NCBI GenBank assembly: GCA_964016885.1
Contig: OZ024759.1
Coordinates: forward strand, 28,954,001-29,018,000
DNA from: Eledone cirrhosa
Taxonomy: Eukaryota
Length of the DNA: 64,000 nucleotides
Direction: 5' to 3'
In this document: positions 1 through 13,433 of the stretch, piece after piece
Layout of the letters: every line of letters begins with the position of its first letter
Numbering within the stretch: the first letter of the stretch is position 1
Position numbers and translations under genes: made by a program
The notes under the pieces: model-generated
Told to the model about the DNA's origin: nothing
Databases searched by the model: none
What the model saw: the letters and a program-made list of their open reading frames with translations, nothing else

Positions 1-79
1 ATATATATGGTGGGTTATACCTATTCTAAACACATAATTTATACTTTTTATACTTAATTATACTTAATTATTATCATTA

Positions 80-450
80 TTGGCAGTATTGGTAGATGGT
101 CGGACGCCATGCTTTGCAGCATACTTACGTCCCTTTACGGACTCAGTTCAAATCCCGCCGAGGTTAACTTTGCCTTTCATCCTTACGGGGTCGACAAAAT
201 AAAGTACCAGTAATGTACTGGGTAATTGCTGGCCTTGTGCCTAAAGTAGAAACAATTATTATTTATGGATTGGCAGTATCGGTAGAGGGTCGGACAATAT
301 GCTTTGCAGCATAGAGTTACGGCCCTTGCCATTCTGAGTTCAAATCGCGCCAAGGTTAACTTTGCCTTTCATCCTTACGGGGTCGATAAAATAAAGTACC
401 AGTAATGTACTGGGTAATTGCTGGCCTTGTGCCAAAAGTAGAAACAATTA
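80..450 (+). mobile_element. Tandem dimer of tRNA-derived SINE family A
   Basis: Two head-to-tail ~185 bp copies: TGGCAGTATyGGTAGA (A-box-like), GAGTTCAAATC (B-box), body GCCTTTCATCCTTACGGGGTCGAyAAAATAAAGTACCAG, and a (TTA)n-like tail. Confidence 0.85.
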
Positions 451-519
451 TTATTTATGTACGCATATATACACATAAATGTAAATGTGTATATATATAT
501 ATATATATGTAGATAATAT

Positions 520-668
520 ATTATTTCTGAAGACGGCATATATATGTGTTTGGTATGTATATTTAATTTTGATAGTTTGTATAATTTTGTATAATTTTGT
601 ACATAGATCTGTTGAATATGCATGCCAATTCTAACACATATATATCCTAGAAACGATCGTTAAATAAT
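520..668 (+). ncRNA. Type I hammerhead ribozyme motif with very long stem II
   Basis: Stem I ATTATTT(520-526)/AAATAAT(662-668); CTGAAGA 527-533; ~115 nt stem II containing ATATATATGTGTT/AACACATATATAT; GAAA 650-653; palindromic stem III ACGATCGT; cleavage triplet GUU. Confidence 0.7.
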
Positions 669-819
669 GAACTTTTTTTGTTTAATATAAGGAACTGTTT
701 CATTGTTTTATTCATTATTTTTTTAATATTTTATATATATATATATATACACTTCAGTCATTTTATTCTTCTTCTCCTTCTTCTTCTTCTTTTTCTTAGT
801 CCTTATCAGAAAGGAAGAT

Positions 820-1740
820 GAAACGCATAGGATACTGGGACAGTTGGATAAGATAGTTGCATCTTCCAGAATAAGGTTCAAACCAAAGAAATCCCTGAGT
901 ATCTCTCTACGGAAGGTGAAAGTAACGGGATGAGTTGATTCAGCAGAGCTAACAGGACATGTAGATCACGTGGTAAGGTACACTCCACAAGTGTCTCAGT
1001 TGGAATGACTTGTAGCATATGGCGCCTCTCAGAATCAGTTTTCTCCACATATTTTTCTATGATCTCCTGCCTTCGAATACGAATTTAGTCAAGTGGGGCA
1101 AATCAGATAACCACGAGTGTCCACTCTACCAAGGTAGGCAGACAGTGGAACAGGTTTTGAGCTGAGGCAGAGTAGCACGACCTCAGAGAAGATACACGTG
1201 GAGACACAATCATGTGCTTAAGGAGATCATATATGTGATAAGTACAGCAAAAGTAAAACTCGTACTATGAGAATCTCCAACAACAGTCTATATTCCAGGA
1301 GGCAGCAAATCATAGCCAGGAATAGCTATGCCACACGGGGCATGGGAATCGAGTTTTTTGATTGGTGCGGACGACTAGGTGTGTACAGCAGACATCCCAG
1401 GGTCAGCAAAACAACGAAAAATCATCAGAAAGAGTGGTTTGAGGTCGGATATCGAACACCATTCCAGTTAATCGAAACAGCTGATTTTGATTAACTAACC
1501 GTGCCATTTGAAAGAAGATTAGAAAAAGCATACATGTTAAAGACTGAAAAATACGCCAGTTTGGCCAACAGCCTGAGGGAAGCCGATTTCCGAGTCAAAG
1601 TTCTCACCATAGAGAGTGGAACTAGAGGCTTTGTGGGCAAATCTGCCTACAATCTCTCAGTCTCTGGGAAGATGAGGACCAAAGCCCTAAAGGCAATATC
1701 AAAGGTTCTTCTCTGAATACCTTCTGCTGTCCAGCTCTCC
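820..1740 (+). pseudogene. Decayed 3' part of an RLE-type non-LTR retrotransposon (HERO/R4-like)
   Basis: Degenerate zinc-knuckle region (WGKSDNHECPL..RQTVEQVLS), then a restriction-like endonuclease motif LTVPFE..LEKAYMLKTEKY..L.....F.V..LTIESGTRG; stops and frameshifts. Confidence 0.7.
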
Positions 1741-1770
1741 TGAGAGTTTCTTACCACGCTATATATATAC

Positions 1771-2295
1771 AGAAAAAATGAAACGAAATTTCATTCCTCA
1801 CTCTTAGTACGGCTGTTACTTAAATATAAGTATGTATACATACATACATATATGTATACAGACGTACAGTAGTATGTATATATATATACATACATGCACA
1901 CATATATATATGTACGTATGGATTCACCGAACATTTACTATAATGCTCGGTGTGTTTGTAAACAAACATCCGGAATTAAGCCGTACAGTGTCTAGCAACC
2001 ATCGTTGCTCATTTGTTCAACACTGACAAAGGAACGCTGTACTAGTTTCAAGCTTATTAGCTATCGCCAGCAACGTATACCTTCCTGCCAGATGATTGAA
2101 CGTCTGAAAGTATATACTTTCCTTATGCATATTAACGGCTTAATTCCGGATGTTTGTTTACAAACACACCGAGCATTATAATAAATGTTCGGTGAATCCA
2201 TACATACATATATATATGTGTGCATGTATGTATATATATATACATACTACTGTACGTCTGTATACATATATGTATGTACGTATACATACTTATAT
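1771..2295. mobile_element. Inverted-repeat element with internal hammerhead motif
   Basis: Arms ~1826-1984 and ~2136-2294 are reverse complements; the left arm has an extra ~55 nt; flanked by TA repeats. Confidence 0.75.
2034..2076 (-). ncRNA. Hammerhead motif with A6G core change
   Basis: Minus strand: ACGTTG CTGGCGA TAGCTAATAAGCTT GAAA CTAG TA CAGCGT; stems I-III pair. Confidence 0.6.
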
Positions 2296-2589
2296 ATATA
2301 TACATACACACACTTTCGAAATATATATAATGCAGTTTGATGGAAAACCTCAATTAAGTGAGATTATCTTTGCAGTTTGAAGACAAGTACTCCCTTAAGG
2401 GATGTTTCGAAACCTCAAAACAACAAGCAAGGTGTATTATATATATATATGGTCAGGGGGGGGGGGGTGTAAGAAGACACATACGTATGCACACAAATAC
2501 ACGCACACTCGTACAACTCTTGCACATTGAAACGGACAGAAACATACACACACACACACACACACGCACACACACATTTACATATATAC

Positions 2590-2651
<62 letters not shown>

Positions 2652-2714
2652 GCATGCACACATATATGTGACAGAAAATATATATATATATATAGGTTTA
2701 TGTATGTGTGTGTT

Positions 2715-2745
<31 letters not shown>

Positions 2746-3341
2746 ATATATACATATGTAAGTATGTATATGTATACACACTAGATATTTTACACATATA
2801 TATATACACATACCGAAAGATTTCAAAACCAGATCCGAGAATGTTTCCAAGTAGACAGACAGGCACGTGCCAGTTCTTCTCCTTAATAAGAGTAGAGGGA
2901 GAGGGGACAGTGGGGGACAGGAGGGATTTCAGAGGGATCGGAGTGAGGGGTGGGGGAAGGGCAGTGGAAGGTGTTTGACAAGTTATGCGGAGACCTTAAT
3001 GAGTGAGGGTGATAGTTGGGAGGGGAGGACTGAGGTGGACGAGGAAGGGGGGGGGGAAGGGGTGCGTGTGTGGTAGATGGTGGAGAAGGGGTGGGGGATC
3101 TTCAAGCCGTCGTTATTTATTATGGTCCTTTCATTAAAAATAAATAGTTCCTTCCTTCCTTGTTCCATCCCCTCAACAACCCTCCACATACCCCACCACC
3201 CCCCACTACATCACTCTGCCCGGCCACCACCTGGTCTCCCCCCCCCCCAGTACCCACTTCTAATTCCATACCACCACCCCATCCTGCCACCCCACCACCA
3301 CCTCTTTACGACTGAACGAAGATCGGATGTTTTGTTTAGCT

Positions 3342-3525
3342 GTATAAGGAAGATTTAACCCGGGTACATGTATTACAGTTTCTTAGGTAGCCGTTACGGT
3401 GTCGGATTAAAAATACTCCTTGCTATTTGTTCCGGATCACTGCTTTGTGAGTTCAAATCCTGCCAAGGTTTACTTTGCCTTTCGATCTTTTTCAGGCCTA
3501 TAAATAAAGTACCAGTGCAGTACTA
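3342..3525 (+). mobile_element. Diverged SINE-A-like copy preceded by a single monomer of the 72-bp satellite
   Basis: GAAGATTTAACCCGGGTACATGTATTACAGTTTCTTAG followed by GAGTTCAAATCC and ATAAAGTACCAG. Confidence 0.65.
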
Positions 3526-3552
3526 GAATAGATCCTCCCTCCCTCTCTCTCC

Positions 3553-3583
<31 letters not shown>

Positions 3584-3596
3584 CAGTATATATATA

Positions 3597-3797
3597 AGTT
3601 TGTCCCGGGTTCAATCGGGGGTAACCACAGTAAGTAAGGTACTCAATACAAAGCAGAGTATAAATATTTAATATAGAAAAGGCTTCTACAGGACTAGAAC
3701 TGTTTCATTTGGGAGAAATCATCGGGAAGTCCTGATGATTTCTTCCGAATGAAACAGTTCTAGTCCTGTAGAAGTCTTTTCTATATTAAATATATAA
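3597..3797. mobile_element. Palindromic HHR-bearing element (Penelope pLTR-like) in (TA)n
   Basis: Inverted arms centred ~3727. Plus strand: CTGATGA(3732-3738) TTTCTTCCGAAT GAAA CAG-ttctagtc-CTG TA GAAGTC. The minus copy has GACTTC CCGATGA. Left arm carries the tail. Confidence 0.75.
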
Positions 3798-3828
<31 letters not shown>

Positions 3829-3887
3829 GGAAAAGAGTCAGGACCCCGACGGCTGAGCTCCGGCCGTTTTGACAGCTAGATCCAAAA

Positions 3888-3926
<39 letters not shown>

Positions 3927-4021
3927 CACACATATATACATATATATTACTAAGACATACGACCTTCCCTACTATATGTTCCCGTATATCTAACTATAAA
4001 TTTATATATATATATGTCTTC

Positions 4022-4087
<66 letters not shown>

Positions 4088-4419
4088 AAGTGAAATCGGC
4101 TGTGTTATATACCACGGTATATGTTCCGGATCCCTGCGTTTTGAGTTCAAATCCGACCCGAGATCAACTTTGCCTTTCAGTGGAAGGTTTGCTGATCACT
4201 GCTTGCGCGCAAAACGTGAGATGGTTTCAGATCCCTTGTTGTGGGGGATCTCCTCTACCAGAAATCTCAGATACTGAGATACCATAGCTAGAGATACTGA
4301 AATTAACAAGGAAGACCTACAAACCTTGATGGGGAAATAAAAAGTGTTTGTTGGCATGAAATTGCGTTTGCTGTTTCGCCTAGGGGTGATTGATAAAGAT
4401 AAAATTGCCTTTCAATTGT

Positions 4420-5060
4420 TTTCAGACTTCTTAGACTTAGAAGCTCCCGCGTCTTGAGACCCATGAGGCAGCCAAAGTGCTCCAATGACAACGGCCAGTT
4501 GCATCTATCAATACATCGTTTCAACTTTTGTTGATGAGTTTCAAGTCTCTATCGATTGTCTGTCGCCAGTTCATCTTGGGATGTCATATATATGTGTGAG
4601 TTAGACTTAGGAGCTCCCGCGTCTTGAGACCCATGGGGCAGCCAAAGTGCTCCAATGACAACGGCCAGTTGCATCTATCAATACATCGTTTCAACTTTTG
4701 TTGATGAGTTTCAAGTCTCTATCGATTGTCTGCCGTCAGTTCATCTTCGGACGTCCTCTTCGCCTCTTTCCATGGAGGGCTTACAATGCAACACTTGAAT
4801 AGCATGTCTCTCACTTAGGAGACATGTGACGTGTCCCAAACCAGCCAAGTCGACGCTTGTACATGATGTTGGACATAGGTTGTTTGTGGGTTCGTTGACG
4901 GTCTTCAGTCCGATAAAAAACAAATACCACTCCTGTTCTTGGATTGATTATCGCTCTATCTCTCATTATCAGGAAGAAACCGGTTGTGTCCAGACCTGGA
5001 GAATGGTGGGTCCTGCCAAATTTAAAATGCCCAAGATAGCATCCCTACGATTCCATCAGA
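4420..5060 (-). pseudogene. RTE-clade LINE 3' fragment with internal ~180 bp tandem duplication
   Basis: Minus-strand translation LAGLGHV...GKRRRGRPKMN..QTIDRDLK, typical of the RTE C-terminus; ~4430-4580 is duplicated at ~4605-4750. Confidence 0.7.
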
Positions 5061-5109
5061 ATTTAAATACGCTTTCTTTTTTTTATGTATGTACACAGTG
5101 AGAGGCAAT

Positions 5110-5252
5110 GAAGGCGCATGGCTTAGTGGTTAGAGCATTGGGCTTGCAATCGAAAGGTTGTGAGTTCAATTCTTAGACCGGGTGATGTGTTGTTTCCTTG
5201 AGCAAGACACTTTATTTCACGTTGCTCCAGTTTACTCAGCTGTAGAAATGAG
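5110..5252 (+). mobile_element. tRNA-derived SINE family B (CORE-like)
   Basis: GGCGCATGGCTTAGTGGTTAGAGC (A box), GAGTTCAATTC (B box), CCTTGAGCAAGACACTTT; related copies at ~10330-10555(-), ~41760-41890(-), ~51265-51345, ~57345-57380. Confidence 0.75.
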
Positions 5253-5349
5253 ATGATAGGGGCTGGGTCCCTATCATTAAATCACCCACGACACCTCCAA
5301 CGAGATATACCTTGGAGGAGGCCAGCTAAACCTGCATAGGTGTGAGCTA

Positions 5350-5399
<50 letters not shown>

Positions 5400-5556
5400 C
5401 GAAGTAGCAGAGTGGTTAAAACGTCAAATAGAATGTCCTTTTGCGGTGTTCGTTCTGGCTCTCTGTGCTCTGAATTGAAATCCCGCCGGGGCAGAGTCAG
5501 ATACTTTCATACTTTTGAGGTCGATAAATGAAGTACCAGTCCAGTACTGGGGTCAA
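5400..5556 (+). mobile_element. Diverged SINE-A-like copy
   Basis: TAGCAGAGTGG A box; TTTGAGGTCGATAAATGAAGTACCAGTCCAGTACTGGGGTC. Confidence 0.6.
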
Positions 5557-5656
5557 TTCTTTTTTATCTCTTTCTCTCAACGAATGATTTCAGCTGTTGA
5601 GGACGCCATGTTTATGGCAAAGGTGTTACTGGTGGTTTTGGAGAAGAAGCAGTAAC

Positions 5657-5687
<31 letters not shown>

Positions 5688-6289
5688 AAAAGAAGAAGAA
5701 GAAGAAGAAGAAGAAGAAGAAGAAGAAGAAGAACCAAAACGACTACTACTATTATTGTAAACTCAACTACTACAACAGATAGAACAACAACAACCCCAAT
5801 AACAACACAACAACCACTACAACAACAACAACAGGTAAACAAACATAACGTGATAGAGTAATGAAGGAAAAGGATGAGAGAGGGGAGAAGGGGAGAAGGG
5901 AAGGTTCATTGGATTAGACCCCTAAAATGATCGCGTTCCTTTCAAGATGCCAAATAGTTGTTCTCCTGTGGTGCCTTAAAGAATGGATGAGAGGGGGTGG
6001 TGTGGAGGGTGACAGGGGTGAGAGAGTAGGGGAATGGACCAGCTCCTCACCCCAGATATTTGGCAAGGGGCCAGAAAACCCGGAAAAGCCGAAAAGAATA
6101 GGATTGCTTTTAGGCTTTGTTTCAAAAATCCCTTCCTCCTTCCACCACTTCTCCCTTCTTCCTCTCTTCCTTCTCCTTCATCTTCACCATTTGCGCATCT
6201 CCGGTTGTTGCTTCACCCCCACCCACCCACCCCTCTGCTTCCCCTTCCTTACCCCGAGACCCACATTGTTCTTATTAATCCCCATCCCC

Positions 6290-9025
6290 ACCACTACCAC
6301 CACCACTTTTCTGTAACTATGGCACCACCAAAACCATTATTACCGTCACTACCACTACTACTACCATTACTAACTACGATACCCGCCACCAATACACCAA
6401 AACTACTACCACCACCACCACCACCACTACCACCACTACTACCACCACCACCACCAATACCACCACTACTACCACCACCACCACCAATACCACCACTACT
6501 ATCACCACTACTACCACCACCACCACCACCCATACCACCACTACTATCACCACTACTACCACCACCACCACCACCCATACCACCACTACTATCACCACTA
6601 CTACCACCACCACCACCACCAATACCACCACTACTATCACCACTACTACCACCACCACCACCACCCATACCACCACTACTATCACCACTACTACCACCAC
6701 CACCAATACCAATACCACCACTACTATCACCACTACTACCACCACCACCACCACCAATACCACCACTACTATCACCACTACTACCACCACCACCACCACC
6801 ACCACCAATACCACCACTACTATCACCACCACTACCACCACCACCACCACCCATACCACCACTACTATCACCACTACTACCACCACCACCACCACCAATA
6901 CCACCACTACCACCACCACCACCACCCATACCACCACTACTATCACCACTACTACCACCACCACCACCACCAATACCACCACTACCACCACCACCACCAC
7001 CAATACCACCACTACTATCACCACTACTACCACCACCACCACCACCAATACCACCACTACCACCACCACCACCACCAATACCACCACTACTATCACCACT
7101 ACTACCACCACCACCACCACCCATACCACCACTACTATCACCACTACTACCACCACCACCACCACCAATACCACCACCACCACCACCACCACCACCAATA
7201 CCACCACTACTATCACCACTACTACCACCACCACCACCACCAATACCACCACTACTATCACCACTACTACCACCACCACCACCACCAATACCACCACCAC
7301 CACCACCACCACCACCCATACCACCACTACTATCACCACTACTACCACCACCACCACCACCAATACCACCACCACCACCACCACCACCACCAATACCACC
7401 ACTACTATCACCACTACTACCACCACCACCACCACCAATACCACCACTACTACCACTACCACCACCAATACCACCACTACTATCACCACTACTACCACCA
7501 CCACCACCACCCATACCACCACTACTATCACCACTACTACCACCACCACCACCACCACCACCAATACCACCACTACTATCACCACCACTACCACCACCAC
7601 CACCACCCATACCACCACTACTATCACCACTACTACCACCACCACCACCACCAATACCACCACTACCACCACCACCACCACCAATACCACCACTACTATC
7701 ACCACTACTACCACCACCACCACCACCCATACCACCACTACTATCACCACTACTACCACCACCACCACCACCAATACCACCACCACCACCACCACCACCA
7801 CCCATACCACCACTACTATCACCACTACTACCACCACCACCACCACCAATACCACCACTACTACCACTACCACCACCAATACCACCACTACTATCACCAC
7901 TACTACCACCACCACCACCACCAATACCACCACTACTATCACCACTACTACCACCACCACCACCACCCATACCACCACTACTATCACCACTACTACCACC
8001 ACCACCACCACCAATACCACCACTACTACCACTACCACCACCAATACCACCACTACTATCACCACTACTACCACCACCACCACCACCCATACCACCACTA
8101 CTATCACCACTACTACCACCACCACCACCACCAATACCACCACTACTACCACCACCACCACCAATACCACCACTACTATCACCACTACTACCACCACCAC
8201 CACCACCAATACCACCACTACTATCACCACTACTACCACCACCACCACCACCCATACCACCACTACTATCACCACTACTACCACCACCACCAATACCAAT
8301 ACCACCACTACTATCACCAATACCACCACTACCACCACCACCACCAATACCACTACTACTATCACCACTACTACCACCACCACCACCACCAATACCACCA
8401 CTACTATCACCAATACCACCACTACCACCACCACCACCAATACCACTACTACTATCACCACTACTACCACCACCACCACCACCAATACCACCACTACCAC
8501 CACCACCACCAATACCACTACTACTATCACCACTACTACCACCACCACCACCACCAATACCACCACTACTATCACCACTACTACCACCACCACCACCACC
8601 AATACCACCACTACTATCACCAATACCACCACTACTATCACCACCACTACCACCACCACCACCACCAATACCACCACTACTATCACCACTACTACCACCA
8701 CCACCACCACCAATACCACCACTACTATCACCACTACTACCACCACCACCACCACCAATACCACCACTACTATCACCACCACTACCACCACCACCAATAC
8801 CACCACTACTATCACCACCACTACTACCACCACCACTTCTACCATCACTACCACCACCACAACCACCACCTCTACCACTACCTTTACCAACACCAACACC
8901 ACCACCGTATATTAAATATGAAGGGGTCACAATGTATTACCAATACCACCACCAATAACACCACTACCACCACCACCACCATCACCACCACCACTACTAC
9001 CACCTCTACCTCCACTACTACCACC
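6290..9025. repeat. (CCA)n-derived compound minisatellite, ~39 bp core unit
   Basis: Recurrent CCAATACCACCACTACTATCACCACTACTACCACCACCA; produces the spurious Pro-, Gly- and Val-rich ORFs. Confidence 0.95.
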
Positions 9026-9031
9026 ACAGTA

Positions 9032-9065
<34 letters not shown>

Positions 9066-9154
9066 AAAGAAGAGGCCGCCACTCCCCACCAACACCAAAA
9101 CTACCACCACAACTACCACCATTACTACCACCACTACAATATACTATTAACTAT

Positions 9155-9605
9155 AAATGAAAGGGCCGCCACTCCCCACCACCACCACCACCATCACAGT
9201 ATATTAATGAAGGGGGCCACCACTCCCCACCACCACCACCACCATCACAGTATATTAATGAAGGGGCCACCACTCCACCACCACCATCACAGTATATTAA
9301 TGAAGGGGCCACCACTCCCACCACCACCACCACCATCACAGTATATTAATGAAGGGGCCACCACTCCACCACCACCATCACAGTATATTAATGAAGGGGC
9401 CACCACTCCCACCACCACCACCACCATCACAGTATATTAATGAAGGGGCCACCACTCCCACCACCACCACCACCATCACAGTATATTAATGAAGGGGCCA
9501 CCACTCCCACCACCACCACCACCATCACAGTATATTAATGAAGGGGCCACCACTCCCACCACCACCACCACCATCACAGTATATTAATGAAGGGGCCGCC
9601 ACTCA
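9155..9605. repeat. Minisatellite, ~41-48 bp unit, ~10 copies
   Basis: TGAAGGGGCCACCACTCC(CAC)nCATCACAGTATATTAA. Confidence 0.9.
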
Positions 9606-9885
9606 GCTGTGGAAAGGTGAAGATCTGAAGAATAAGTTTTATTGAGAACGGAAACCATTTTTGGCACTTTTCACTGAATTGCGGGGGGGGGGGTCTTGAG
9701 AAGAAGAAGAAGAAGAAGAAGAAGAAGAAGAAGAAGAAGAAGAAGCGGTATCTGTTGATTGGTTTTATACATAACATACATACAGAGGGATACATACATA
9801 CATTCAGTTACACACACACACACATATATACACTCATACATACAAACACATTCATTCACATATACGTACAAACACACATACATAC

Positions 9886-9918
<33 letters not shown>

Positions 9919-10329
9919 CACACACACATACATACACATACATTTACATACATACACACATACACACATACATTTACATACATTTACATACATGCATGCA
10001 TACATATATACATACATACATTGATGCATGCATGCATACACACACACACACACACACAGTGAAGGTGTATGGTATAGTAATTAGGATCAGAAGCTCGTAA
10101 GTTCGATTCCAGGATCAGTCGGATGAAATGCTTGATTTCACGTTGCTTTACAAACTTGATTTGGGGGACCTTATTAAAAATACTCAAAAAAACCCTCCTT
10201 CGGATTGAAATCTCACGAAAGACCGGCTAAATCTGTACAGGTGAGAACCAAAACAACAACAACAACAACTACAACGTACGCTATCTAAAGTCTGTCTTAA
10301 GCCAGAAGGCTTATTTGGCCGGTGCTTGT

Positions 10330-10555
10330 CCCGGTTTCACGGTGTGAAGTGACTGAGAATACAAGACTTCCCCATGGACAGGACGCCAGTCGATATTAGT
10401 GTTAAACCTCCAGCTATTGCTGGTACTCATTTTTTCAGCAGAGTATACTGGAGCCACGTGAAATGATGTGTTTTTGCTCAAGAACACAACGCGCAACCCG
10501 GGAATCGAATCCACGACATTATGATCGTAAATCCAGCACCCTCCACAACGTACCA
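10330..10555 (-). mobile_element. SINE family B-related copy
   Basis: Reverse complement contains GGATTCGATTCCCGG and TTCTTGAGCAAAAACAC...TCACGTGGCTCCAGT. Confidence 0.65.
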
Positions 10556-11034
10556 TATAGATTTATAAAATATAAATAAATGAAGACTTTTGTCGTAATC
10601 ACAATCTTCCCGTTCCACGATGGTAAACCCTCTCATCTGAGACACCATATACTTGTGGCTTCCAAACTTTTCTTTATTTGCGGTGCATTTTTGTAAAAGT
10701 AAAAATATTCTGGTGAAAGAAGGCACTCGAGCCTCAGCAGACAGCCTGGCAGCCCGAATTGGTAGCAGTTTCAACTACCACCACCATTAACATGTTGGTG
10801 CTCGTTGTGCCATATTCAAAAGAATTGTTCACATATATTAGCATAACTTAGAATTAAAAGGTTCTGGCCATAGGTTGTAGAGGGTGGTGATGGTGGTGGT
10901 GGTGAAGATTATAATCATGGTTATCGGTACCATCATACACTCACCACTTAGCTGTTGTTTACTTTTGTTTTTTATCGAAAACAAAAGAAAAACGGATTTT
11001 TTCTTTTCTTTGCAATGAAACGAAGAATACGATG

Positions 11035-11252
11035 TTCTGGCCATTCTTACAACATGGCTGCTCCAACACAATCTATATTGAATTATGAGAGATTCAATAC
11101 TTTCAAAAAGACTTCGTTCCAGTACCTCAACATCACTCATGTATGGTTGTCATAGGATACCGAGTATTCGGCGAAGACACTGTTGATGAAAATGTTGAAG
11201 CATTTTCATATTTCGCTGGTATGTGATCCAAGTTTTACATAAATACAACAAT
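11035..11252 (-). pseudogene. RTE LINE fragment
   Basis: Translation CKTWITY..FHQQCLRRILGI..SDVEVLERS..IESL...RLCWSSHVVRM. Confidence 0.75.
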
Positions 11253-11254
11253 GG

Positions 11255-11470
11255 TTTCTTATATAGTCACAAGGCCAGCAATTTTGGGGGCAAGGGAAAG
11301 TCAATTAAATCGACCCAAGTGTGTGACTGGTACTTTATTTTATCGACCCCGTATGGATGAAAGGCAAAGTTAACCTCGGTGGGATTTGAACACAGATCAT
11401 AAAGGGCCGTAACTCTGTGCTGCAAAACATGGCGTTCGACCTTCTACCGATACTGTCAATCCACCGCCCT
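11255..11470 (-). mobile_element. SINE family A copy
   Basis: Reverse complement of family A body (GGTACTTTATTTTATCGACCCCG..GATGAAAGGCAAAGTTAACC). Further copies at ~16590-16710, 29585-29680, 38240-38430, 40430-40630(-), 43255-43445, 49945-50140(-), 50165-50365(-), 53285-53470(-), 60058-60147. Confidence 0.85.
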
Positions 11471-11737
11471 ACACATAAATACAACAATGAAGACAATATA
11501 CATGTTTTGTACACCTTTAACTTTGTATCAATGGAAATCCCACTTCAATACCAGAGACGCACATCTAGTTTACTAAAAGAGTCAGACACACACACATTGC
11601 TACTTTTCTTTTTCTTCTTCATCGCTCACTTATTCCTGGGAAGGTCGTAGGGGAAGAGTTCTCGGGTATGCCTTCCTGCGGATCCTGTCACAAGCAACCG
11701 ACTCCAATTGACCAGCAGATCACATAGCGGTTATCCA

Positions 11738-12025
11738 ATCTTTCTTAAATCACGCTACTATATACCATTGGCCTGGGACTTATGCCTGGTCATTCTACTT
11801 GCTAGAGATAACAACTAAATCTTTCTTAAATCACGCTACTATATACCATTGGCCTGGGACTTCTACCTGGTCATTCTACTTGCTAGAGATAACAACTAAA
11901 TCTTTCTTGCATCACGCTACTATATACCATTGGCCTGGGACTTCTACCTGGTCATTCTACTTGCTAGAGATAACAACTAAATCTTTCTTGCATCACGCTA
12001 CTATATACCATTGGCCTGGGACTTC
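11738..12025. repeat. 81-bp tandem repeat, ~3.5 copies
   Basis: CTTTCTT..ATCACGCTACTATATACCATTGGCCTGGGACTT at 11740, 11821, 11902, 11983. Confidence 0.9.
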
Positions 12026-12034
12026 TATCACTTC

Positions 12035-12308
12035 TCGCTTGTTCTTCGCCCACTTATTCCTGAGGGGGTCGTGAGGGAAGAGTCCTCAAACACTCCCTCC
12101 AATGGGTCCTGTCAGAAGCAACCATCTCCAATTGATTAGGCTGGATCACCAAGCGTGGCCTGCCAAGCTCATTGATGTTATCCAACCATCTTGCTCGGGG
12201 TCTACCCTTGGGTCTCCTGCCGGTTGGTTTTGCCCGTAAAATCTGTCCAGCGATTCTTTCCTGAGACATTCTAACCACATACCCATAATATCGAAGCTGT
12301 GATCTCTA
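12035..12308 (-). pseudogene. RTE (Expander-like) LINE 3' fragment
   Basis: RSQLRYYGYVVRMSQERIAGQIL.AKPTGRRPKGRPRARWLDNI; a diverged duplicate of the 3' end lies at ~11620-11735. Confidence 0.8.
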
Positions 12309-12740
12309 CCTGTCACCTAATCTTCATGGGTAGGAATGACATGAGCAGCTGTGTTGGAAGTGGTATCGAGACAGGCGGATGTAGGATCATTCGGTTGGAA
12401 TTTGATTGCGTTAAATGTGTAAATTTGAGGGAGAATTTGGTGCCATTTCATGCAGTTTAGAGTAACCACAGTGGTGCCTTCGGTCGATTCTACCACTAAA
12501 GTGAGACTGCATAGAACACTTTGCAGTATTCCGACCACAGAATGGATGGAACAAACGTTCCTGTATCGTTTCAGAAGTTGAGTTTCGTCTGTGTGTCTGT
12601 CAGTAGATAGATCAGTTGTTTAGCTATGGTGATGGCGGTGGTGGTGGTGGTGGTGGTGGTGGTGGTGGTGGTGGTGATGGCGGTGGTGGTGGTGGTGGTG
12701 TAGACCATAATCTTGATTATCAGTACCATCTCCATCGTCG

Positions 12741-12783
<43 letters not shown>

Positions 12784-13016
12784 AACCACCACTACCACTA
12801 TGATGACAATGATGATTAAAATGTATATAGTATATGTTTACATGTGTAGGCGACAATAAATGCTTATATATACCCACGAAGTTGTATATATATATATACA
12901 TGTGTGTGTGTGTGTGTATGTGTGCGCGTGCGCGTATGTGTGTGTGTGTGTATGCGATGCATGTTTACGAGTGCCTCTGTTCACGTGTCTCAGGTATGTT
13001 ACTTTTAAAGGTGTGC

Positions 13017-13071
<55 letters not shown>

Positions 13072-13194
13072 TATATATATATACATATATATATATATGT
13101 ATATAGACACTCACACACATATATATACATATATACATATATATATACATAAATATGTATATGTATGTATACATACATATATATATATATATAT

Positions 13195-13384
13195 AACGAA
13201 GGAAGTGTGGTAAGGAACAAGGTGGACCATAACGCAACAAAGTACTCAATACTTAGGATAGTAGAGTGGGTAATAGGAACGAGTAGGACCCCGACGGCTG
13301 AGCTCAAGCCGTTTCGACGGCTAATTCTGGACCAGAATTAGCAATCGAAACGGCTTGAGCTCAGCCGTCGGGGTCCTACTCGTT

Positions 13385-13387
<3 letters not shown>
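13195..13387. mobile_element. Palindromic element with hammerhead 3' half, in (TA)n
   Basis: Inverted at CTAATTCTGG|A|CCAGAATTAG. Each arm reads GAAA-CGGCT-tgagctc-AGCCG-TC-GGGG (stem III + GUC). Relatives at 3828-3885, 41918-42075, 62940-63140, 63200-63340. Confidence 0.75.

Positions 13388-13433
<46 letters not shown>

Noticed and set aside
6034-8958. 974-aa proline-rich ORF and its antisense Gly- and Val-rich ORFs
   Set aside because: Open in several frames only because (CCA)n-derived repeats lack stop codons; no unique domain or signal peptide
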